A stretch of DNA of 64,000 nucleotides. Source: Paraspadella gotoi. Taxonomy: Eukaryota > Animalia > Chaetognatha. Position numbers and translations under genes: made by a program. Below are positions 1 through 11,300 of the stretch, in pieces. How positions within the stretch are numbered: the stretch's first letter is position 1; each line of letters opens with the position of its first letter. The notes under the pieces were generated by a model. That model was not told the origin of the DNA. It made no database searches and was given only the letters and a program-made list of their open reading frames with translations. The stretch is taken from contig CM119268.1 of assembly GCA_051294375.1 (NCBI GenBank), positions 15,280,172 to 15,344,171 on the forward strand. Reading direction: 5' to 3'.

Positions 1-350
1 TTTTTAAACTCATATTTTGTCAACGATGATACTTCATTATATTTACTAATTTTATTCAATCAGATTTTGTCCTTTTTATAAAATTTTAAAGAAAATTAGT
101 GTTTATAGCGTCGATTGACTTAGATTTGAGCTCTTACAGAATGTAGTATCTTATTAGTTATTTCGTCATAGCTTTTCTAAAATCGTAAACTAGCTCGTAA
201 ACACATTTAGTTTTTATAGCCATTATAAACATTCCCTAAAAATGTCAGATTCATCAATGACTTAGCGTCTAAACCTTGAAATCTTTTTTTTTCTTTTGTT
301 TTTTCTTTTCTTTTTTTCTCTTTTTGTATTTTTTCCGTCCGTCCCTGAAG

Positions 351-431
351 ATGGAGTTGCAGTGCTGCTTCCCGAAGCCGGCGATCGTCGACGAGTGCAA
401 CCAAATTCGACGGAATCTCGCCTGCATCGTG
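351..431 (+). CDS. Exon 1 of the Cys/Pro-rich gene (MELQCCFPKPAIVDECNQIRRNLACIV)
   Basis: ATG at 351; donor GTG|GTGCGA at 432 (an in-frame alternative GT exists at 429). Confidence 0.7.
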
Positions 432-2195
432 GTGCGACTCTTAACGCAACAGCTGATGTTGTTGAAGCTGTGTTTTTTTACTGAGGGTTATCCGTTATGA
501 TTTCCCTTCTATTTCCCCGATATCCCCTTTTTAACGCGGTCCCACCCAGGATCCCTGCTGCCAAACTTGTCCGCCTTTCGAAGAGCACATGTTGCCGCCC
601 GCGGGAATTCCCACCGCCGAAGGGGAGACGGTCGCTCAGTGTCTCAATTGGAAGAAACCAAATTGCATCGATCCTTGCAAAAGGTAGAGAGAAATTTATA
701 TATTCACCAACATTGTTTCTTGTCTTTGTTTCTCGCCACTTTGTCACGAGGAAATAATTAGAGCGTATTGAAAGTGGCCGTTGGCTGTTGTGATTGTCTG
801 AACCCGAAATCCCTACACTGCATTCTCCTCCAGTCTACCCCAAGACTGCAACATCAGCTGCAAAAGGATTCCACCGCTTCGCCCAACCTTTCCGACTTGC
901 CCAACGAAGCGAGAGGATGGGATTCTCGGCTACAAGGGAGGAGCGGCGTCTATGGGCGGCGTCATCCTCGTTCCTCTGACGGGTCCAAGGTTAAATCGAG
1001 ATAATTATCAAAGATAAAGGTTTGGTTTGGATTCATTATTGATAGATATATTAGACTTCTTTAGAGATATTATTTGAAAAAATACCCTTTCATCTATGTA
1101 GTTGTACTCTTAAGATATTCAGAATTAATTTCTTGAACACATTTTGAAATAAAATTGGTTTCATGTAAATGGTATTATTTTATCTAGACAAAAGAACTCC
1201 CTTCATCTTTTCTTTTAGTTGCTCCCAACCTTCCAAGCCGGATTGCTGCCGTCCACCGCCTTGCTGCCCTCCTAAACCGTCGTGCTGTCCGCCTCCCAAG
1301 CCTTCATGCTGCCCTCCTCCCAAGCCGCATTGCTGTCCTCCTCCCAAGCCGCCTTGCTGTCCTCCTCCCAAGCCCCATTGCTGTCCCCCGAAGCCGCCTT
1401 GCTGTCCTCAACCCAAACCGCCTTGCTGCCCTCAGCCCAAACCCTGTTGTCCCGAAAAAAAGGCTTCTTGCCAGCCAACGCCCGTGACCATTCTACTTCC
1501 TGTTCCGTCCTCCAGGCACCATGACAATCACGACGACCATCACCATCACGATCACCATGACGATCACAAGCACCGAGACAAATGTGGCCACAAGAAACCG
1601 GAGAGCGACCGCAAGAGATCCAGTTGCTGCGTGGCTGTTCCTTTGCCCGGACCCAAGCCCTGCTCTCTGCCCATCGTCTTGTTGCAGATGGAGAAGGGGA
1701 AGAAAGGTTATCACGACGATTGCATCTCGAAAACCAAACAACAATGCGGCGACGATTGTCCCGAGTGCGCCATCGGTGAGTCGCGCCACATCTATCATTA
1801 TCTCTTTTTTTTTTCTGTTTCTGTTTTTGTCGTTGTTGAAAGTTTTTTTTTCGAGGGAAGTTTAATTGTTTTCTTTTTTGCAGTGTATCTTTTTTTATCT
1901 TAAAAATCACTTATAAAGTAGTCTATTGTTCTAAATCTCATATTTAACAAATCGCCCCTCGCCCGTAAACCCTTCACCCTCCCCCCTCATTTTCCGCACC
2001 TCCCATCCCCTTTCAGAGATCCACCATCGCACCGTCTACCCCAAGTGCGAGGCGATGGTGCCCGGCTACGGCGGTCACGTGCCCGGCATCGTGACGTGCA
2101 AGTTCGGGAAGACGTTCGGGCGAGAGACACGGGAAGTGCTGCAGAAGGTCTTCTCGACGCCATACCTCAGAGGGCAGAAGAAGAAGATGTGCTGA
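351..2195 (+). CDS. Five-exon gene for a 368-aa Cys/Pro-rich protein with a His/Asp tract and a C-terminal FAM166/CIMIP2-like (DUF2475/PYG) motif; probable sperm-tail or ciliary structural protein
   Basis: Manual splicing join(351-431,550-683,834-989,1219-1775,2017-2195) gives 1107 nt with no internal stop. All four introns are GT..AG with matching phases (0,2,2,1) and pyrimidine-rich acceptors (CCCACCCAG, TTCTCCTCCAG, TTTTCTTTTAG, CCCCTTTCAG). The protein starts MELQCCFPKP and ends ...MVPGYGGHVPGIVTCKFGKTFGRETREVLQKVFSTPYLRGQKKKMC*. An acceptor-like AG precedes the ATG, so further 5' exons are possible. Confidence 0.85.
550..683 (+). CDS. Exon 2 (DPCCQTCPPFEEHMLPPAGIPTAEGETVAQCLNWKKPNCIDPCK)
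   Basis: Acceptor CAG at 547-549; donor AAG|GTAGAG at 684; open Cys/Pro-rich frame in phase with neighbouring exons. Confidence 0.8.
834..989 (+). CDS. Exon 3 (SLPQDCNISCKRIPPLRPTFPTCPTKREDGILGYKGGAASMGGVILVPLTGP)
   Basis: Acceptor CAG at 831-833; donor AAG|GTTAAA at 990; 156 nt, symmetric phase 2-2. Confidence 0.8.
1219..1775 (+). CDS. Exon 4: CCP(P/Q)PKP repeat tract, His/Asp tract and Cys-rich linker
   Basis: Lies within ORF 1169..1903. Acceptor TAG at 1216-1218; consensus donor G|GTGAGT at 1776. Repeat units differ at synonymous positions, as expected for coding repeats. Confidence 0.9.
2017..2195 (+). CDS. Exon 5 (terminal) with a FAM166/CIMIP2-like PGYxGHxPG..FGxTFG motif
   Basis: Acceptor TTTCAG at 2011-2016; translation EIHHRTVYPKCEAMVPGYGGHVPGIVTCKFGKTFGRETREVL...; TGA at 2193-2195; third codon positions are strongly GC-biased. 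Confidence 0.88.
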
Positions 2196-3813
2196 AGGAG
2201 GGGGGGGATCGAAGTTAGGGGAAGTTGTTGTAGAGTTGGCGACGACTGACGCGGTTTTGGCTGCTTCGCTCCATTTTCTTTCTTTTATCGAGAAAATTAA
2301 TACAGTTTTCGGTAAACTATTCTAACTGTTTTTTTTTTGGTCATCCCTCTAATCAATATTAATATTTCCACTATATTAGTTTAATCGGTTTAATTTTACT
2401 TTTGCAAAAGAAGAAACTTTGTTCTTTTACTTGAAATGAACCAACGGAGACGGGTGCGGCTGACATCTTTAGTTTAATCTGTAAAACATAAACAAAATAA
2501 CAGTTCAAAGGGAAACCGATGAAATGTTCGTAAAGTGTAGCAGATGTAGCTTGGCTATAATTTATTGTATAATTTATAGTATAAATATGACAATCTTCAA
2601 TTAGCAATGAATATTGAGGTTATGTTATTTGTCTAAGTGTTTGTCAAAGTGCTTTAAATCCTCCTTGACATAGCCGGGATTTTGATCTTTGCCAACACAG
2701 ATTTAATGTGGAAAATAAAAAAGTCAATAACGAATAAACGATCTCGAAAACGACGAGAAAATAAATCAATACTTTTACTTTTTTATATGAAGGAATTTCA
2801 ATCTTATCGTCTGTGTCATCGCAATCGACGTTTCTTCGAAATTTATGCCATTTTGATTCTGCCGGTTTCCCTTTTGGAATCCCTTTCGGCGTCCTGGGAG
2901 CTTTTGCGTGCCCAGAATTTTTTTGAATTCTTTCAAAATTAACTTTACTTTTTTCTATTAATGGGGAAAAAAAGGGGAGGGGGCCAAGACGGATAGAGTT
3001 CCCAAGAAAGATACCATATTTGTCTCCGGGGACCTTAATTATTTTCTAAAAAAATGGAATTATGTTATTAGATTGATCAAGAATTTATTATAATATTCCT
3101 TTATATCAAATTCTGGTGCAGTGGAAAAAAAACTAGTAAAAGTAACACAATAAACTTATGGCAATGCTTAAACACATGTTTTTTAATAAGTTACATTCTC
3201 GTCGTTCTCAACTGATGACCATTCGGGGCAATCGGACCCTACTAACTCTTAGTCGAATTTTTGCGCGTTCAGTGACATTCTCTGTCCCTCTCTCCATCAC
3301 TCGCTTAATACATCTTGGAAGCGGCGAGGACGCAACCCGCGCTTGGCCGGAAATAGGCCGGCGTTGCTGCCGACAACTGGCCGGCGTTGGCGACAAAGTC
3401 TCGGGAAAGGAACGACGCTGACGACGACGACGACGACGACGACGATAACAAAGATGACGGAAAAAAAGTTGTTACTGAGATTGTCTTACCCGTTATAGAT
3501 TGTCAAGCAGAGATGCGATTAGTCGTGAAATCTCTCTCTCCTTCTCTCTCTCTTCATCTCTCTCTCTCTCTCCATATGTTCGATTTATTCCGTTATCTGT
3601 ATCTCCCCTAGATATTGCCGTCGTTAAAATACTTTCCTTTTGTTTGGTTTGCGTTGCCAACGAGCGCGAATCGCGATTACATCCTGGTCCCTTGAGAAAG
3701 TCCCCTACATCCGGGAGTCGAAGCGAAGATCATCGGCCGTGACGCGATAACGACAGCTAATTGGGGTCGTCCCTTCTCCCAGGAGGTACGAGAGAGAGTG
3801 AGCGAGATAGAGC

Positions 3814-3869
<56 letters not shown>

Positions 3870-5225
3870 AAGGGAGAGAGGCAAAGAGAGCGCGACAGAA
3901 CTGACGCGGTATAAAATTATAATATGATTCGACATTAACCTCGGTGAGTCACACCTCCGCGAAACGTGTGACCAATAAAGATGCGACTCCCTAAACACAG
4001 TTTGTTTCAATTACAAACAAACAAAGTCTCCGCCCTTTTTCTCGATTTCTGTCTTGATAGAGCAAAGTCTCTCTGTCTCCCTCTCTCTCCTTCTCCCCCC
4101 CTTCTCTCTCTCTCTAATTGTGCGTCGCATTATCTTTGCATCTACAATCGAGGAAAGAGTGGAGAGAGCGAGAGAGCGAGAGAGCGGAGTAGATCTCCTC
4201 CTCCTTCCTCGTTTCGCGTCTCATTCTTGTAACGCGATTGTCGTTATTTCCTCCGTTACGAGGCCATCTTATCATCATCTTTAGGTTTTTTAGATTTAAA
4301 AGTCGACGACGGTTTTTCATTTTTTTATTTTCTCCGAGAAAAGGAATCTTTCGCGTTTCTTAATTTGTCTCCCTTTAAATTCAAGCCTCCTAATTCGTCT
4401 CTCTCTCTCACTGCTTTCTCCCTTAATTCGTTCTTTGCTAATTTGTCGCCCGATTTTCTTTTTTTTTTTATCTTGAAAAGAAGATCACTTCAGCCAAAAC
4501 TCAAAATAAGATAAGATAAAGGTGGGCGTGTTTTGAGGTCACTGTCTGCAGGGCGCCCCCTAAGTTCTCGTGCTGGCTGCAACTCTCGTCGCTCCGTCTC
4601 GTCGATCGTGCGTGGCATGCTCTCTCTCGCTTCTCTCTCTCTGCTCGTCTGCTCGTCTCGTCTCTCTGCTCTCTCGTCTGCTGCGTCTGGAGTCTCTCTC
4701 TGCCCGCGAATGGGTGGTGCAGAGGAGGCATTTTAGCCGCAGGAAAGTTTAGATAAGTGAAAGGAAAAAAGTGCGCGAGGACGAGTGTAGGACGCCGCAA
4801 GGACCTTTTGAGTCGCGCAACGATTTCAGGGCCGCGAATCGAAGCCTCGAGTCGAGGGCTACGATTTGTGCCTCCGGGGGCTGCGACGGGCAATGAGGCT
4901 CGAGGGCTGCGATGTTGGGGGGGGGAAGCTCTGATTGGCAGCGAGAGTCGAAGGCTAAGATTGGGGCTATGAGCGGCAATTAGGCTTCGGAATGAGGGTT
5001 TTTGTGAGCAGGAACTACAATGGGTGCTACACAAGGCCATTGGCCTTAAGAAAAAACCATTTGAAATTGTTTAACATTATTTTTATATTATTAATTTATA
5101 ATTGTTAATATTGCAAGCTTTTTGACTCAAATCATTATGACTTTTTTCTAAAAAAAAACAACAAAAAAAACCCAAAAAAACACGACGATTTGATTGCGGC
5201 GCGCACTCGTTCCACGTCGCCCACC

Positions 5226-5325
5226 TTTGGCGCCGCGCCAAAAGTCATAGTAGAGGGTGGGGCTTCGAGGCGACCGCGGGTAAAATGAGAGCGACAAATA
5301 TGGCGCCATGGCCGTAATGGCGGGA
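5226..5325. promoter_or_regulatory. Promoter-like CpG island core with a palindromic double E2F site and YY1-like sites
   Basis: TTTGGCGC-C-GCGCCAAA at 5226-5242 (two inverted TTTSSCGC matches); AAATATGGCGCCAT at 5296-5309; TAATGGCGG at ~5315. Motif match only. Confidence 0.4.
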
Positions 5326-5966
5326 GGAGAGGCGTTGGGGTTGCCCTAGCGGCGGAAGGAGGAAAACGATGGGTGCTCGGCTTCGAAGTCTTGGGTTTTA
5401 AGCAGGAGTCAGGAGGAGATAGGAGACAATTCTATTTTTAAGTTAAGCTATAATTAAGTAAAGCAAGGGTTGTTCAGAACAAAAAAATAGATTTTTATGG
5501 GTCAACTAAGCCTTTTTTTATTTTTTATTTAAAATGATTTTTAGTTTAAACTTTAAAGTAGGTCGTATAAAAGAAAAACAATTTGGATCCTCGCCTCGAC
5601 CGCGCGACGTCTCAGCGTTCATTTCCTCTCGACGTGGAATGTGGAGACGAATGTCCTTGCCGTCGGAAGCGAGACAAGACTTGATCCGATGCCAAATGAA
5701 GGAGGTGGGTGGGGAAAGAGTGGAAGCTAAAGGAAGCTGAAAACAAAGAGGGTTTTTTAAAGGTAAATGAAGTTGGGGCGGATTAATGAATAGTCGTATG
5801 AAGGGCGTCGCGAAAACGAGGCGTGGGGGAGAAGAATTTGCAGGACGAGGAGAAAGAGTGGGTATTGGGGTAAGGTAAGGTAAGGTTAGGTCGATCAGAA
5901 ATCGGAAAGGGTGAGCGTCGAGAAAAGAGGCCATAGAGGAAAAAAGCGGAGAGAGAGAGAGAGAGA

Positions 5967-6008
<42 letters not shown>

Positions 6009-6149
6009 GAATTGTATTGAATTGTATTAAAGAAACGGGCTTTGGGCTACATTGTGCCCCTAAAAGCTACATCAATTTACAAAACGATTATTAACAAGTT
6101 GAAAAGTATTTACAAGATATAAATGAAAATTGGGTAGAGTTTTTATCCT

Positions 6150-9100
6150 AAGCATATGTTTCATGAAATCTTTCCAAGAGGCAGTTCAAACAATCTTTCT
6201 TTTTCCAAATGTTGTCCCAACCTATAAAAGCTCCTTATGGTGACATATTAGTGTAGTCGTCGAATTTTTTTCAATACGGATCAACAATGGTATCCAAAAG
6301 AGAATTATTTCGAATCATGTTGTTTTTAAACGTCTTACTGACATAATTCTTACATTATCAGATAGTGGGATCATACTTGCTGCATCTTGCTGCTAAATCA
6401 TTATCAATATGTATCGGTAATCTATGAAAAATTTTAATAGCTTCGCCAGTTTGAAGATATCAAATTTTTGCCAGTGATATCTACCTGCAGATAAAAAGCA
6501 ATCAGGTGCTGAATATAAAAATAAAGAAACAATTAAAGTCGAGAAAAGCTGATGTACGAGTTGGAAATATATCTCCTATGACATATTTAACAATCTGTTA
6601 ATCGCCTTAATATTTTGGACTTGGCCTTAGAACGAATAAGTTATTAATATTGTGAGTACCAGTTATATTATATCCGGATCGAATATGATACATCCATAAA
6701 AAATCTATGTATGAGTATTGCCAAACAGCCGAATTCTGTTCTCAAATAACACAAATTATAGTTTAAAGCGTTCTCTTCGTATTCCAAAAAAGTGAAGGAA
6801 CAACGAGTTATAAAATACAGTTTGATTTTGCCAGACAAAGACCACTAAAAACCATGTGCATCACACCATTCTCAAGACGATGAAGCCGAGTTAGCTTGAC
6901 AGTTGCCTGTTGCTAGATTTAGCATTTCTGAAACGCACCCATTGCGAAGAGTCGTCTGCGTGATTTGCTAGCACTTCAAGAACATCACGTCTTAAATCGA
7001 CGATCTGTGTTGACTTGACCTTGAGTTTGTTTTTGACTTCAATTGGTTCAGTTTGTCAGGATGAGTTTGTTTTGGTTCCAAACTTCGGGTAAATCTTCTA
7101 TATAAAGGCCAACAATTCTGGATCCTTAGCACAGCGCCTTGTGGTGAATCCCTGCATAGATATCACTTAATCTGAATTTTCTCCTTAGCCTATAACACAG
7201 AGAATTTTTATTTTGTCTATAAAAGAGCAGGAATGATTTTTAACATGATTGAGTGAAGATATTATGTTAATTAGTTTGCTCATTTAAACCGTCCAGCCAA
7301 AATATTGCTCAAATGCTTTTAATGCATAATGACTAATGTGACCAATATTGTGGCTCTCTCCTTTGAAGCCCATGTGAGCGTCTTCAACCAGTACACTCAC
7401 TATATTTTCTGGAGCCGCATCCTTCCTTTTTGAAGCCTGATTGAAGTTGTCGTTCTTTCCACTCTTCCGTGCCCTTATTACTCAACATTGCAATAAGACC
7501 AGGAAGAATAATTCGCTTCTACCATAGTTATTACCACCAAGTACGGAAGAAGGCAATAGTGGACCGATAATTTCTCGGTTGGTTGAGTGCTCTTTGCCTG
7601 CTTTGGAATGACTCAGTTTATGTTTGCTTTTTCCAGGTACAAGGAAAAATACCCCGAATTTTTAAACAAAGCCGAAGTAGTTTGTATTAAATATTTTAGA
7701 GATTTTACTAGACAAAGTTGTTTAGCATTTCATGCAGTTATTCCATCTGGTCCCAGGAGCTGAATTCATTGTTTTAAGAGACTTAATAAATTTCATGAAC
7801 TTTTTTTAGTCGAGCTTTCTGTTTAAAAATTAGAAAATGCTCCTTCCCTTCCCTCCTTCTAGCCCAGAGCACAACCTTGCCGTTGGAGACCAAACCTGAT
7901 AACCCTGTTGTCACCTCTCCTCCTTCAACTTTTTGTACACCTCAATCCCATTCATGTCCAGGAAAATCGTACCGGTCGATTTTCCTTGTGTCTAGGTATA
8001 GATTTTAAATTTTTTGATTGTATATCGAGTTTTTGTCAGTATTCATATTATTGCTCAAGCTGCCACCACCGTTCCTGTATCAATTAACATCTTGCATCAT
8101 CGGTTGAACTGTTTAGTTTTATAGTTTATCATCTCGTCTTAATTTAATTTCCATTTTTAGATGTGGTTTTTTTTCTGCATTTCCTTTATGTTTCTGCTTA
8201 TCATTTGTGATAGTGGTGTGCCTCAATCTTATACAATCTTGCTGCGTTGTCCCCATACGTCTGACGTGTTTCTCACAATACAATACTACCTTTTCTCGTA
8301 AGAAACTGGCTAGATGTCATAATTCTCTGTCGATTCCTGCACCCAATTCGGTGATCCGGGCGACAAAACCAGCTGTCACACCTTTTTACTAGCCCCGAGC
8401 TGCACTGATCCTATCTACTCTTTCTTGGTAGTTCCTTCGTCCTTGTCTACATATTCCAACTTGTCCTTGAAATAATTGGAAGGCATCATAGGACGATTGT
8501 TAACGTTCCAAATGTCTTCCTAATATTGCAGTGCCTGTCGTTTCCGTATTGCTTGATTCATGGCTGTATTCCTGTGATAGCGGTGTTTATTGGCGATTGC
8601 GTCAGCTCCAAATATGAGTCTATTTTGAGAGAGACACGATTTATCATTGGTGCTATGTATTTTCCATCAGATTACAGAATTCACTCCAGTTAGTTTTTGA
8701 TATATTATATTCACTGTCTTAAGTGAGGGGCTGCAAAGTTGGTGTCTGGTTCAGCGGAGACTAGGCAGCCGTGGTCCCCACTTGCCCGACGTCATCGCAG
8801 AGGACAGCAAACTGTTCATGAAATGCTTATTTGAAAATTTTCTTGTTTGATGTAGTCTGAGTACCACTATATCGTAAAACATTAGACTTCTCTGTTGCGA
8901 TTTACTGATATAGTAGGCAAGGCGACCCGTTTCTAATAATTAAAGTCGTCGTTATTTAGATGTTTTCTAAAAGGACATCGCCTTGAGGGAGTCAAATCTT
9001 CCGCCCAGCGCTCTGAATGCTGGTCGGTTTAAGTCTCCAATAAAAGGCTTAAAAGGAGCTATTATTCTTTCTGATAAATGTATTAATGTGATAAAGAGAG

Positions 9101-9510
9101 AGAGCTCTTACTACTCATTATTGTATTCTCTGCGGTGATGTTGATATTGTTGAAAACAAAGTAATTTTTTTGTTTATCTCTTAATGTAAAATTTCAATTG
9201 ATTAAGTTCACGTCAGTTTGGTTTAAAAATTTACATCCCTGCTAGTACTGCCGCAAAGTTCAGATGGTGGAACAGCAATATAAGTCTGACCACTCCTGCT
9301 GAAGTCATAAGATGGTACTAGTTACATACATTTATTTCTTGTAAAAGCTATTAAAGGCTTCTCTGTTGACAACGCGTATGTCCATTTGCCATAGCAAAAT
9401 TAAAGCTGTAACCTTTTACTGAGATTTCAGATTCAGGTTTATAAATGTCAATCAGGCGTCGGATAAGAGCTTACCATTTGAGTTAAAAGTTGAGCATAGT
9501 GCGATCACGT
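6150..9510 (-). pseudogene. LINE ORF2 (AP-like endonuclease plus reverse transcriptase), broken by many frameshifts
   Basis: APE and RT motifs listed above fall in changing frames and no long ORF survives. No RNase H domain was recognised. Boundaries are approximate. Confidence 0.8.
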
Positions 9511-9544
9511 GGTAGAGTTTCGCAAGAGATCCTATTTTTTATTC

Positions 9545-11300
9545 TTATGTGGCTCCTGAATCCCTGGTTTTTTACAACTTTTGGATTCGGAGATTAAGCC
9601 TTCTGGTGTTTTCGTGGCCAAGATGATACCAAGTTCGGGTATTCTTCTTGTTCTTCATTGGGCATTTCCCTGAAGACTCGCCCTGTTCGGAGTCAGGACT
9701 CATCTTCGCAACTGCCAATCATGATCACATTTGTTGGGCTAGAGAGCACGGAGAGGAGTTCAAGTACTGGTTATTGTGAATCTGTTTGATTGCAATTGGT
9801 GTTAGTGGAAACAGATTTTGATTCGTTACTGGAGAAGGAGATTTTGTAGTATCGATACTTTGATTCTTATGCAGGTATGCGAATTTTAGAAGGAGTCTTC
9901 GGAGTGGCGGGAATGAAATTTCTGAGAGCTTAGAAGCGTTGTAGGCTGAATTGCTTTATTGAGTTTGATAACGAGTTTCACTGTATCTATTTTACTTCTG
10001 GAAAGGAGTAAATCATCGTGATTTTCCTTCCAACGTCTAACTCTTGAAGTATGAGAAAATAGGGCAATGACAGAATACTCTCTCAAGTCTTCTTTAGTCA
10101 GTTTTTGGAGTGGTGTTTGAGGATGTTTGGAGCTGGCTGGCTCATCGATGATTATGATAAGTTGTTTGTTTGAGATGTTGTGATTTGTTTTTATTTGATA
10201 TATTGTTGACAGGCTGCTTGATAATTGGCAAAGATCTGGAATTTGGCCGGATGGTTTCCGTGGCAATTCGCACATTTGCGTACACGCCAAACTGTGTTTG
10301 TTGCATTACTTTGTGTGAGTGTGCACCAGCACAGCGAAGGCAAATTTGAGTCTGTTTGGGACATGTCGCATTGGAGCCGGTGTCCAAATTCTTGACAATT
10401 AAAGCACTGTAAGAACTTTATCCAGTAAAATATTCAGTAGCCGAATGAATTTTTTCTAAAACATATTAATTTTGTTTGTTAATATGTTTCCCTTTTCCTT
10501 TAAAGAGTTAAGAGTCACTTTGACATTCCAGCTTGGCATTCCTGTTGTGCCAGCCTTAAGTCTTTTAACAAAGCTTGGAGAATAACCACGTTCTATTAAA
10601 GCCAGCATAATTTCTCTTCAGAATATTCAGGATCAACTCCCTTAATTAGAATAAAATGCTGAGACAGTGTGTTCAAGCTTAACTTTGGATTGAAAGTAAA
10701 CTTTTCATGTCGCCAGTTTTCTGTTTAATCAACGAATTGAAGTCTTTATCTGTATTACATAAAATGATTATGTCACCACGTTTAGTGATCTTAACTTCGT
10801 CAAATGGAAGCGGAACCTTTGAATGCCTCATCCAGTATAGCGAGAACGTTTGGTCTGGATTTTCTTACCGTCCTCAGGCATGTTGGAGGACACCACGACA
10901 GTTTTTCTTTGGTCAAAGTTGACGAGCATGTTCTGATGAGGGTGAGACATTTGTGTTAATTGATGTTGGACTAGCCATTTTGTTATAGCCCAGACTTATT
11001 AGACGGCGGCAAAAGCAGACTTACGTTCTGGTTGAGCAGTTCAAAATCTTTGAAAAGGCGTGTTTCAACTTCATTAGGTACGAATCTTCTTCAAAAATCT
11101 CCATTTCTGTATCATTTTCAACAGTATCTTTGGAGTTTTTAGTTTTTCCACGACGTTTTCTGGTTTGATGCCATTCGTGTCTCTTTGTTTTGGACGACAC
11201 ATAACACACTGTCTATTGTCTAGATCGCGCTGCTGCAGAAACAATCAGCTGATCTTTATTTTTATAATTTAGTATTTTCCTTGGATAAAACTTGCATATT
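9545..11300 (-). pseudogene. LINE ORF1 (gag-like, three Cys/His zinc knuckles), frameshifted
   Basis: Fragments read QCFNCQEFGH, ICLRCAGAHSHK and KCANCHGNHP, preceded by an ILIKGVDPEYS-type segment. Overlaps ORF-track entries 10142..10387, 9886..10290 and 11021..11209. Boundaries are approximate. Confidence 0.8.

Noticed and set aside
1169-1903. ORF-track 244-aa ORF as a complete single-exon gene
   Set aside because: Its N- and C-terminal parts are AT/T-rich intron sequence; strong splice sites at 1218 and 1776 define the true exon.
2180-2195. C-terminal KKKMC as a prenylation signal
   Set aside because: Cys is the last residue, not at -4 as in CaaX, and the end is not a CC or CxC motif.
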